From positions 5,393,360-5,457,359 of the forward strand of contig NC_043019.1 of NCBI RefSeq assembly GCF_006345805.1: a stretch of DNA of 64,000 nt, in the 5' to 3' direction. The DNA is from Octopus sinensis (taxonomy: Eukaryota). The translations under genes were made by a program, and so were the position numbers. Numbering within the stretch: the stretch's first letter is position 1; every line of letters begins with the position of its first letter. Positions 12,509 to 23,355 of this stretch are shown one piece after another. The notes beneath the pieces are model-generated. The model was not told where the DNA came from and did no database searches. It saw nothing but the letters and a program-made list of their open reading frames with translations.

Positions 12509-13063
12509 GAGTGAGAGAGCAGTTCATGCCATCAAAGTGACACTGGGGTAAAATATACGAAGCCCAATATACCCATCATGACTACCCGTCTGATAAAGGT
12601 ACACCAGGCACATGCATCACAACCATATGTGCGCGACATGGTGATCTCATATCAAGATAAACAGCACATGACCTTGCAGGTGGGGCCCAGTTAGAATTTT
12701 CTTCAGGTTGAGTAGCCCATCCTGCTCAAAAGGTCCCTGAATAAGGGTTGCTTTAGGATGTTGAACGAAACACCTATGTTTCCAGAGGTGAATTATTCAA
12801 ACCCCAAAGAATCCCTCTCAACACATGGCCATGATGCTCCCCCACTACTTCTGCTCGTGATCAGAGATGCACATATCGTCAGCCACTAAGGGACATGCTC
12901 AACTGGTTAAGGCCAAACAACTGACAAGCAAATCTGTTTTATTGAGCAGAATATTTGCTGTAGCCCATCTTTTATACCAAGACAAAACAATGTACATGAT
13001 AACACTTCCAATCAGTTAAGATCAGAAGCCATGAGAGCCACTGCCTGGTACTGCATCAGGGCA
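12509..13063. mobile_element. ~555-bp non-coding element flanked on both sides by (TAT)n
   Basis: No long ORF; second copy at 5415-5824; (TAT)n at 12450-12508 and 13064-13158. Confidence 0.8.
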
Positions 13064-13109
13064 TTTATTATTATTATCATTATTATTATTATTATTATCA
13101 TCATTATTA

Positions 13110-13161
<52 letters not shown>

Positions 13162-13472
13162 AGGCGATTCGCCGAGGTCGACTTTACCTTTCGCCATTTC
13201 AGGGTTGATAAAATAAGTACCGTACCAGTTGTGTGCTGAGGTCGATGTAAGTGGGGATGGGGGCATTAATCCTACTTTTTTTTTCAGAACCTCTTCAAAA
13301 GTTGTGGTTGGGGCCAAATATCACCTCAAAACCAAAATTTCTGAAAACTGAGTGCAGTAATCCCACTGCGCATGCCCCTTGAAGGTTGATAACCTCACAA
13401 AATGGTGAAAAGTCACATTCTAATATATATATAATGCATAATTTTGAATGAAGCTACATAAATACTATACTC

Positions 13473-13882
13473 TACTCTTTTACTCTTTTACTTGTTTCAG
13501 TCATTTGACTGCGGCCATGCTGGAGCACCGCCTTTAGTCGAGCAAATCGACCCCGGGACTTATTCTTTGTAAGCCCCAGTACTTATTCTATCGGGTCTCT
13601 TTTTGCCGAACCGCTAAGTGACGGGGACGTAAACACACCAGCATCGGTTGTCAAGCAATGCTAGGGGGACAAACACAGACACACAAACACACACATACAT
13701 ATATATATATACATATATACGACAGGCTTCTTTCAGTTTCCGTCTACCAAATCCACTCACAAGGCTTTGGTCGGCCCGGGGCTATAGCAGAAGACACTTG
13801 CCCAAGGTGCCACGCAGTGGGACTGAACCCGGAACCATGTGGCTGGTTAGCAAGCTACTTACCACACAGCCACTCCTGCACC
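13473..13882 (-). mobile_element. tRNA-derived SINE family A (GGCGCAGGAGTGGCTGTGTGGTAAG...GAGTAAAAGAG)
   Basis: A box TGGCTGTGTGG, B box GGTTCAGTCC, internal (TA)/(TG) tract. Other copies at about 18826-19250(+), 24200-24575(-), 28738-29136(+), 30534-30915(+), 33525-33905(-), 33976-34370(+), 54860-55258(-), 57012-57412(+), 61810-62232(+), plus fragments. Confidence 0.9.
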
Positions 13883-13971
13883 TATACTAATAAGTATATT
13901 AATATAAAATAATCCTATTCTAACTCATAAAAATTTTGCAAGATGGCGGCCAAAATTCACTATTTAGGTGT

Positions 13972-14260
13972 GTGGAGGCACATGGCCTAGTGGTTAGAGC
14001 AGCGGACTCGCGGTCGAGGGATCGCAGGTTCGAATCTCAGACCGGGCGATTTGTGTTTTTATGAGCAAAAACACTTAAGCTCCATGCGGCTCCGGCAGAA
14101 GGTAATGGCGAACTTCTGCTGACTCTTTCGCCACAACTTTCTCTCTCACTCTTTCCTCCTGCATCCCGTCCAGGTGGGGAACCTTTAGGGCCAAGAAACC
14201 GGGAAACCAGCCCTTATGAGCCAGGCATGGATCGAGAAGGAACAACAACAAACAACAACT
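13972..14260 (+). mobile_element. tRNA-derived SINE with (AAC)n tail
   Basis: GTGGAGGCACATGGCCTAGTGGTTAG...GGTTCGAATCT head. Related heads at 20070-20372(-), 23600-23820(-), 32481-32670(+), 58740-59075(+). Confidence 0.8.
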
Positions 14261-14599
14261 ATTAAGGTATATGGATTTCACAGTAGATCAGATTGGTGGC
14301 TTAAGAAGGCTCGTCAAACATGATCATTGTCACTTCCACAAGACAAAATGCCGTCAGAGTTTCGATACATAAGAACGTCTATTCGTGGTGTTTGGCCAGA
14401 AGTTTATGAAACCTTAAATTTTCTCAAAGTGTGTACCATGGGTCTCAGAAACAAGCTTTGAAGAGGCTTTGATAACAGTGAGTAACAGACTGTTGATGTT
14501 CGGTAGAAGTTGGAAGGCACTTGATTGGGCAGATTTCATCAATCTAGACACTTTACCTGCACCCATTAACATTCGAGAGGCTGGTAAAAGTTAGTTAAT

Positions 14600-14900
14600 T
14601 TTTTGGCTCAAAAAGCAAAAAGCAAGGCCATGTAGGGGGACATAGAGTTATGTACAGGGTGGTGTTCATGTAAAGAGTTCAGGCCACTTGTGGTCAAGGG
14701 AGACTTTGAACCGAGCGGTCGTCAGCACCCTCACCATCTCGTCCGGCAGCTTATTCCACGGATCCGCAACCCGGACGGAGAAAGCCCCTCTCCTTCGATT
14801 GAAATTAAATCATCGCAGATAGAGCTTTTCGGAATGACCCCGCAGCCGACATTGAACTCCTGGCATTGGACGAAATTGTAAAAGAGGTATCTTCTAATAA
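14600..14900 (-). mobile_element. CR1/L2-type LINE 3' fragment
   Basis: Minus strand reads RRGAFSVRVADPWNKLPDEMVRVLTTARFKVSLDHKW, the typical CR1-group C-terminus. Confidence 0.75.
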
Positions 14901-15558
14901 AAGTCAGTCGTTACTTATTCTGATGATGGATCTAATAAAGACACCGGGCTGGATCTTTCTCCGTCTAGGGGCTGACTATTAATGGTCGTTGTTGTTCTTC
15001 TCCTCTCCTCCTCGGGAAATGTTATTTGTTTTTCTTTTGTAAAATTAAATTAATTATTTGTTATTAAACTGCTTATTCCACATCATTTGTATTCTATGAC
15101 CTCAAAAATATATATATAAAGACATATCACATGACATTCTTGGTAACAGCTACTGATTTTGTTAAACAAATTGGGCATTTTGGCCGCCATCTTGGATTTC
15201 CGCCATTTTGGAAAATCAAATTGCAAAATTAATACAATTTTTGGATTCAGTGTATTAAAAAGCACGTGCTAAGCTAAAATATATTTTTTCGTAGACTTTA
15301 GGGTTTTAAATTGATTAAATCAGTATTTATCCCTATTTTTTTCTTTGGTGTTAATGGTGGGATTTCAAACTTCAAGGGGTATGTATGGGGGGTGTTACCA
15401 ACTATTCGGGAGGCTCTCCAAAATGAAGCTCGAAAAAATTAAGATAACATCCCACCCCCACTACTTAGATACTCCCCCCCCCCCGATATTGCTGGCATTG
15501 TGCCAAAATTTGAAATCAGTATATTTGTGCATTTACTTATATCTGATATATATTTCAG

Positions 15559-15844
15559 AAATGCTGCTTGTTGCAGTGAAATGATTTGTAAATGCTTCTA
15601 TGACAGAAGAGCAAGAAAAACCACGACTTTCAGATCTGTAACATCTGGATACACCACAGTCGTTGAAACAAACTTCACTCACAGAGAACATCTGGAGCAG
15701 ACAGCATCAAGGCGAGACTCTGGAGTGCCGTATGTGAAAAGTGCCATCAGTGAAACAGAGCGGAAGATCCTTCTTCGAAATCTCAACACAATCGCGCCTG
15801 AGAAAATAAAAAACAGAAAAAGCATCCGTGAATCAAAACTATAA
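15559..15844 (+). CDS. CCAP-R: GPCR terminal coding exon (cytoplasmic C-tail)
   Basis: Acceptor tatttcag|A completes AG|A (Arg) from exon 3006-3186. Open to TAA at 15844: NAACCSEMICKCFYDRRARKTTTFRSVTSGYTTVVE...; Cys cluster and Ser/Thr-rich tail as expected for a GPCR. Confidence 0.75.
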
Positions 15845-16697
15845 ACTGAACTCTGATGAAACTCGGCTTAAGTAAACTGGGTCAAGACGAATTTTGCCGA
15901 AGAAAGTTGAGTTGAGCTGAATTAAGTCGAATTAAGATAAATTGATCTGTGATGAGTTGGGCTGTGGTGAATTTAGATAACACAGATTGAACTGAGACAA
16001 ATTGAGCAGAGAGATATCTAACTGTGATGAGGTGAGCTGGCAAAGATTTGGTTGACTGAATCTTCGCAAAGTTGGAGTTAAACACAGAATCTGGTCGAAA
16101 GTAAAAATCAGAAGATATGCAGGCAGATCTCTCATCCATCTTCTCTTACATCTACATACATCTAGTTGTTTTTTTTTGGGGGGGGGGGGGGGTTCCAGTT
16201 GAATTCATGGAGCTGTTAATAATGGCTGTCCAACCATTTCTCGTAACTCTCCTTGTAAATCAAGTTATTTGCGGTTAAGCTAATGTAGCCTTAACCGAAA
16301 CTGCATTGCTAACGTTTGTTGCTAAATACACCAGACTTATCACCACACGATAAAAACAAACAAACAAACAAATCTATTTTAAAATGTGTGAGTGTGAAAC
16401 ATACGGGAGTTTAAATAAATTTGGTTTAAAAAAAGAGAAGAGGTTCAGTCCAAGATCCTTTCTCGGGTAAAAGGGGAAAGAAAGTTCCATGTATTTTGTG
16501 GCTGAAGTGTAATTAGAAACGGAACTCTTCTATCCTTTCCTCCCTCTCTGTCTGTCTAGCTCTCTTTCTCCCTCTCCCTCTCTCTCTCTCTATCTATATA
16601 TATATATATATTTCTATTCCTGAGCGTTATACTAATACATCTGTTTGGTTTGTACACCACCTGTCTTCGTCTTTTGTTTTTTTTTTTCGTAAACTCT

Positions 16698-16841
<144 letters not shown>

Positions 16842-18285
16842 CTTTGCTTTCTCTTTTTCGACAAAGATTCTGATATCAAAACATTAGACCTCTTCGTTTC
16901 TTCACACTGACTACGTTTCCTTAAAATAATCAACTTGCTTGTGGATTAATTTATTTCTGAAACAAGCCAAAACCTCCTCTCGTTTTGGATTTTATCTTAG
17001 TGAGAGTGCTGCAATGGAGAGAGAAGTTAGGGGAGAGAAAGAAGGGGCACGCGGGAAAGACAGAGAGAAAGACAGAGAGAGAGAGAGTCGGACGAAACAC
17101 ACAGATTAGAAAAATGAATGAAGAGTAAAAATATATTAATGTGAAAAACAAATACTCCACATACAAAAAAAAAAGATTGAAAGAAAAATAAACGAGAAGC
17201 ATCTTATCAAAAGATACCACTACAACCATTCATTTTTTAATCCCTCCTGAGGAAAAGTTTCAAGATGGTGTGTTTCAAAAGGAGATAAAACAAATGAGAT
17301 TCAGGACAAGATATCTTTGATCATCAACTCCAGTATTACAATGGCATAGTTAATGATACAGACGTGATATTTCTTTTATTTGATCGACGAGAATAATATT
17401 TAAAAACTGAAAATAATAAATGGATCTTTTCTGTTTGGCTTACACTTTTTGAAATTTTAAAACTACGTGAAAATTTCCAAATTTGGTATATTGATGTAAT
17501 TTTTCCCGTTGAATCTGATGCTGTTTTTCACTTGTTCCAGAAAAATTTCAGAACAAGGTTACAGAGGTTTAAAGTTTGATAATTTTTACCCAATCAGAAA
17601 ATAAGATTTAGAAGCTGGCATTTTGTGCGCGATTGCTGTCTAACACAGCAACGAACTTTTATGAAATAAAATGAAGGCAATATACTACCCCGACGAAAAT
17701 TGCAAGTTTTGAAGTTTTAATGAGTTTAAATAAATAAAGTCATGTGAAACTTAGGAGCAGGTAATATGAAAAAGAAAAAAAAATCTTCAATGAAACATTT
17801 TTGGCGAAAAATTACAAAACGAAAAAGTCAAATTGTACGTTAAGTTATCAAAAAAACTACCCCGCAAACAGCACGCGATTGTAGCGCGCAGCCATTCAAA
17901 TAGTGGCGCCAAAATTGTGGCAGCTGGCAATATGACGTAATGTCGTATTGACGAAGAAATATGATTGTCGTTTTCCCATTGGTTGAAATAACTGCTCATA
18001 TAGGAATTTTGAAAATTAGTTAAAGAATATTTTTATGCGATTTCAATTCTTTAAAATCAAGTTGAGCAGTTAGAAAAACCCTGGATTTTAGGAAAAAACT
18101 TTAGTGTTTGTGAGATGTAACTAAACTCCACGACACTCACTCTTTTGAGATATGGGCTATTTTAAATGCCATGTCTATGATAAAAATCACAGCACTACAA
18201 ACTGTGCGTTATGCTACTGTTCATGGAAACAATTAATAGATTTTTGTTTTTATTTGTAGCGAAAATCCAAAAATGAAAGTTTAAG

Positions 18286-18740
18286 ATACACTCAAGGAGT
18301 TTCTCCTCAAACAAATTACAGTTTTCGTATCTCCCGCGTCATGTAAACTCGCAGAGATACAAGTCAACCATAGAACGTTGGATCCCACTGCATCGTTTAT
18401 TCGTTTGTTTTACACTGGTCCACCATCTACTGTTTTCCGCTTGTTACGGTGTGATTCGCTGATCTATACAGAAAATTATAACCATCGATTTCAGGAATAG
18501 ACTAGGCCCTCCACAAGGCACCGAAAATTGAGTTTCCTGGAAGAATCCACTGATGTATGCATACTTCTCTTGGCGTGTCGCAAATCCGACATGGCACCGC
18601 ATAAAGAAAATCATACCTGGTCGCTTGATACACTCCTCCAACAAGCCACTGCTCAGGCAGCCCCCTTCCTCGGTTGTAATTACATCCTGAGAAGACTGTT
18701 TCGTCTATCTTGACAATATTCCGAGCTGGTCCTCCTCACA
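18286..18740 (-). pseudogene. Merlin (IS1595/IS1016-like) DDE transposase relic
   Basis: GGPARNIVKIDETVFSGCNYNRGRGLPEQWLVGGV...QWILPGNSIFGALWRA*SIPEIDGYNFLYRSANHTV...WTSVKQTNKRCSGIQRSMVDLYLCEFT*RGRY; resembles GGPG-IVEIDES-YNRGR-W-FGG / ILPGT-SD-W-AY / VNHS / YL-EF-WR motifs. Confidence 0.8.
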
Positions 18741-18986
18741 TATTTCACGAATATAGCTGTTGTAATCAACAGCTGTGCAGTGATTCATTCATCCCCAGTT
18801 CTCCAACACAAAATGACGAAAATGAAGCAGGAGTGGCTATGTGGTAAGTAGCTTGCTAACCAGCCACATGGTTCCGGGTTCAGTCCCACTGCGTGGCATC
18901 TTGGGCAAGTGTCTTCTGCTATAGCCCCGGGCCGACCAATGCCTTGTGAGTGGATTTGGTAGACGGAAACTGAAAGAAGCCTGTCG

Positions 18987-19035
<49 letters not shown>

Positions 19036-19443
19036 GTTTGTGTGTCTGTGTTTGTTCCCCTAGCATTGCTTGACAACCGATGCTGGTGTGTTTACGTCCC
19101 CGTCACTTAGCGGTTCGGCAAAAAGAGACCAATAGAATAAGTACTGGGCTTACAAAAAGAATAAGTCCCGGGGTCGTGTTGCTCGACTAAAGGCGGTGCT
19201 CCAGCATGGCCGCAGTCAAATGACTGAAACAAGTAAAAGAGTAAAAGAGTATAAACGTTCAGAAAATAGGCTTTTGTTAAAGAAACTAGGCAGGTAAAAA
19301 ACAATACAAGTTGTTGCAGTGGTTTGAGCAGACTTTATGGCTTGTTATAATGGAAACTGGTGCCAATTTGTTTCTGGCTTTCGATTGGCTAAAATTAACT
19401 AAAATTTGGAAACTTTAAAAGCTGTTAACTTTTTATATATTAA

Positions 19444-19840
19444 CTAGCAGTATCGCCCGGCCTTGCTCGGGTTTGTAAGGGAAATAACTATATAAGCATT
19501 TTTAGAGATGTAAAGTATAATAGCCATCTCAATATGGCTAACCAAAAAGGGGGGGGTGTTACTGTAGCTTTTTACGTTCTGAGATTCAATAATAAATTTT
19601 TAGAGAGTTACTTCCCTTATATATGCCAAAAATGCATTAAAAATGGGAAAAATTGATGGTAATTTTTTTTTTAAATCGTAGACTCATCGTAGACGCGCGC
19701 TAATACCCAGAAGGGCTCGATATGAATCACGACTATAAGATACCCGGTTTTGATTAAACTGCACCGCAAAATGTGGGAGTAGTTAGGAATCTAAATCGAA
19801 GGAGACAGACAGCACACAACCTCTCTTTTATATTTAAAGA
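19444..19840 (-). mobile_element. Non-autonomous Helitron (copy of 1518-1912)
   Basis: CTAG at 19444-19447, hairpin, TC terminus at 19840 on the minus strand. Confidence 0.85.
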
Positions 19841-20894
19841 TTTATGGCAGAATGGAATATCGTTTTCAATATTAGCGTTCAAAACTACATCAGTACATCA
19901 AATTTGAAAAGAATTGGAATAAAATTACAATTAAATTAAAAACTGAGACAACAACAGAAAAGGTCCTCATAAACGATATTTGTAAACATTAATGATGGTG
20001 TACTCAAACACAGAGGGCAGTTCACACACACACACAACTGTTTGTGTGTGTGAGTGTGTGTGTGTGTGTGTATGTGATCACGTGACCGACCAGACCATCA
20101 GATGTTGTTACACATCGCTGGTCACAATGCGTTCGCATTGTTTTAGCCTTCGAATGACGCCACCCTGCTGGCTAAGCAAGCAGGCCAACAGAAGAAAGAG
20201 TGAGAGAAACAGTGGTGAAAGAGTACAGCAGGGATCACCACCCCCTGCCGGAGCCTCGTGGAGCTTTTATGTGTTTTCGCTCAATAAACACTCACAACGC
20301 CCGGTCTGGGAATCGAAACCGCAATCCTGCGACCGCGAGTCCGCTGCCCTAGGCCATCGCGCCTCCACGTGTGTGTATGTACACATACATATTATTGATA
20401 CAGCATTATAAATTTAGTCGCATAGCCAATTCATAGTAAAAAAGAACTCTCCTTGCATGGAAGAATAATTTTATACTTTTCAGACAAGACTGATCCCGTG
20501 AGTATAGATTGAGCTCTTATTCGCAGGGCTTGTCTTGTAGAAAAAGGGCCCAGCTTATACCTTACTGACCACTCATGTCTGGTGACTATCTATTTTTCCA
20601 TCTTTTTTAATACGAAACCGTTCGGTGCCACAAATTAGCTGTTATGAGATTGAATATATAATGTTGTCAAAATAATATGACCAACCTCCTACGGAAGAAA
20701 CGAGTCTACTTTTTTTCTAACTTATAAAACACTTTGGCCAGTTGTGTGTGTATGTATCCCCCTCCTCCCCTTCCTTCTCCCCCATCCTCTCCTCTTCCCC
20801 CTTCTCCCCCTCCCCTTCTCTCCCCCCATCTTCTCCCCCTCCCCCTCTTCTCCTCACTACACCACATGACTTTACACATCACATATGATGTGCC

Positions 20895-21215
20895 ATACTA
20901 ATACACACACCAACTAATACATACTAATACGTACTAATACATACTAGTACATACTAATACTTACACCAACCCTATACATACACACGTCCAGACCCCGCAT
21001 ACGCACTTATACTCTCTCACACACACACACACACCCTTATACATACTAATACATACTAATACATACTAATACATACTAATACATACACCAACCCCATACA
21101 TACGCATGTCCAGACCAATCTTACGCACTAATACTCTCTCATACACACACACACACACACACCACACACCCTTATACATACTAATACATACACCAACCCT
21201 ATACATACACACATC
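20895..21215. repeat. Degenerate (CATACTAATA)n decamers with ~3 larger duplicated blocks
   Basis: Repeated CATACTAATA, and CCAACCC(C)TATACATAC...GTCCAGACC blocks. Confidence 0.75.
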
Positions 21216-21289
21216 CAGACCCCTCCCACGCACTTTTAGCTGGTCCCTCAACCCATTTATCAACCCTATTATCTCCCCTTATTTCGCTC

Positions 21290-21555
21290 TCGCGTCTCAT
21301 GTTTGATCTTTGACCTCTGGCCGAAATCAGATCGCCATGTTGATTCGTTAGCTACTGCACGCATTTTTTTTCTCTCCTTCTTTCTGTGTTTTTCTCTCTC
21401 TGTGTATCTTTCTGTTGAAGAGCGTAGGCTCGAAACGTTAAAGACTTGTTTTATTTATATTTCCTGAGCGCCATACTAATACAATTGTTCGTTTGTTTTC
21501 CACCTGCCTTCGTCTTTTGTTTATTTTCATAAAGCTTCCCGTTATATATATATAT
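21290..21555 (+). mobile_element. Penelope-like short element (family P1) ending in (TA)n
   Basis: Contains a hammerhead-like fold; its 3' part (TTCCTGAGCG...ACTAATAC...CACCTG.CTTCGTCTTTTG) recurs at 16609-16700, also followed by (TA)n. Confidence 0.6.
21407..21444 (+). ncRNA. Minimal type I hammerhead-like motif, core CUGUUGA
   Basis: TCTTT-CTGTTGA-A-GAG-cgtagg-CTC-GAAA-CG-TT-AAAGA: stem I TCTTT/AAAGA, stem II GAG/CTC, palindromic stem III AACGTT. Confidence 0.5.
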
Positions 21556-21860
21556 ACTTTGATACTTTGATACTTTGATAGGTTTCGGGCATTATTGGCC
21601 CAGGCCATGTCTAACTTAATAGCACCACCTGGTGAAGTCTTTCAGGTCAGAATTTGGGCACTATGGCCCACTCAAGTAGAGAGTTACTGTTTACAGAGAC
21701 ATATCCGGGTGTAGGGGGTTTATCCGGGATTTCTTGAAGGAATCTGTCCAAAGACTTCTTGAACCCTATAGGGTCAGTTTCTGTTTTAATGTGTTTTGGT
21801 GTAATGTTAAAGAGAGCGGGGCCAATTGAGGTGAAATAATTGTGCCGTATTGTTGTTATG
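21553..21860 (-). mobile_element. CR1-group LINE 3' end with (ATCAAAGT)n tail
   Basis: IRHNYFTSIGPALFNITPKHIK...FKKSLDRFLQEIPDKP...NSLLEW*, then tandem 8-mer tail at 21553-21580. Confidence 0.75.
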
Positions 21861-22775
21861 TATATATATATATATAAGGACAAAACGCCCCCCCCCCTTC
21901 CAATGGACGGTGCTGAGTTGTCAAGCATTTAAACCAAATTTTCTCAAAACAACTTGTCCGGCCGTTCCATAGACCTCCCCTTTGAGAAACATGTACAAAT
22001 GCACGTTCCCACGCCTTTATTGATCGCATTCTCATCTGGAATCGATTTTTGTAATTTTTTTCAAGACTTATACACGCCCTGATACCGTCGGTATCTACAT
22101 ATCAAATTTGAGCGCAATCGGATGGAGGATGCCCGAGATCCTAAAAGACACATACACACACACACACATCAACGTTTCCAAGCAATTCTTTACAGCCAGA
22201 GTTTGGCTTTTGAACCAGTCGAGTGCTCAGATTCGTATCTGCGGTCTCTTTAGATTGTTAGAGTACCTCATCAGATTCCTATTTGGCTTTTTTATTGTCG
22301 AATTTATTCCTGTTTGTGACGTATCTTGTATGTTAATTAAAACCTTGTTCTGATAAGTGTTGCTCCAATAATCAATCGTCTCAATCCGTGGGGATTTCTC
22401 TAAAGTTAAAATGTATTATCTGTTAATATTTTCATCTCCATCACTACGATATCAAAATCCGTCATTAATTACACGTAATTAATTTTACAAATCAAAATCA
22501 ATAAATTTCAATGAAGTTACGTTTTTCCTTCTTCAAGGCTATGTATTGTTTTCGTTACTGAGTGTATGTTTATCTCATTAATGACGAATGGATTAATTAG
22601 ATGTCCATTTAGGTGATATTCAAAAATGCATTGAAACTTCGATCATCAATTCCTATACAAGACTGTTTCGGTTTTAGAGAAGAAATTACGAAGACTGAAA
22701 TTTGTTGTCTGGAGGTACAGAAACATACGTTGACACATGAAATGATTCAATATACACGCGTATACAGACATAAAT

Positions 22776-22819
<44 letters not shown>

Positions 22820-22915
22820 TTCAGCAAAATTTAGATTCAGATGAATATGGTACTTAAGTTAAAGGCACCAGAATTTTGTATGGTATTCTCCATATAAATC
22901 AAATGGGGTGATTAT

Positions 22916-23355
22916 AATCAAAATAAGCAACAAGGATATCCAAGGTAGTGTAGTACAATAGTTTCATGCTACTTCATTTTATTAAACACTATAAGTATTA
23001 CATCAGTTTTAAAATGTCGAGCAATCTTCAGCCACATATAGAATTTTTCAATTAAACGGACAATGCATATTTTTATACTTATTTCATTTGCCAACATTAC
23101 AAAGAGGGTAGATATATAGACAGAGGTTAATTTCATCATTAAGAACATGGTGGTAGTAAGTTCTTCTCCGTCTGTAGATTTTATCAATAAGTATAAGAAT
23201 GTGCATTGTCCGTTTAACTAAAAAAAATTCTATATGTGGCTGAAGATTGCTCGACATTTTAAAACTGATGTAATACTTACAGTGTTTAATAAAATGAAAT
23301 AGCATGAAACAATTGTACTATTCTACCCCGGATATCCTTGTTGCTTATTTTGATT
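22916..23355. repeat. ~170-bp inverted repeat (arms 22916-23083 and 23186-23355) between (TA)n tracts
   Basis: Arms are near-perfect reverse complements, including TATATGTGGCTGAAGATTGCTCGACATTTTAAAACTGATG. Confidence 0.85.

Noticed and set aside
22240-22285. Hammerhead on the minus strand (CTGATGA-GGT...ACC)
   Set aside because: The stem is followed by GCAG, not GAAA; no stem I/III.
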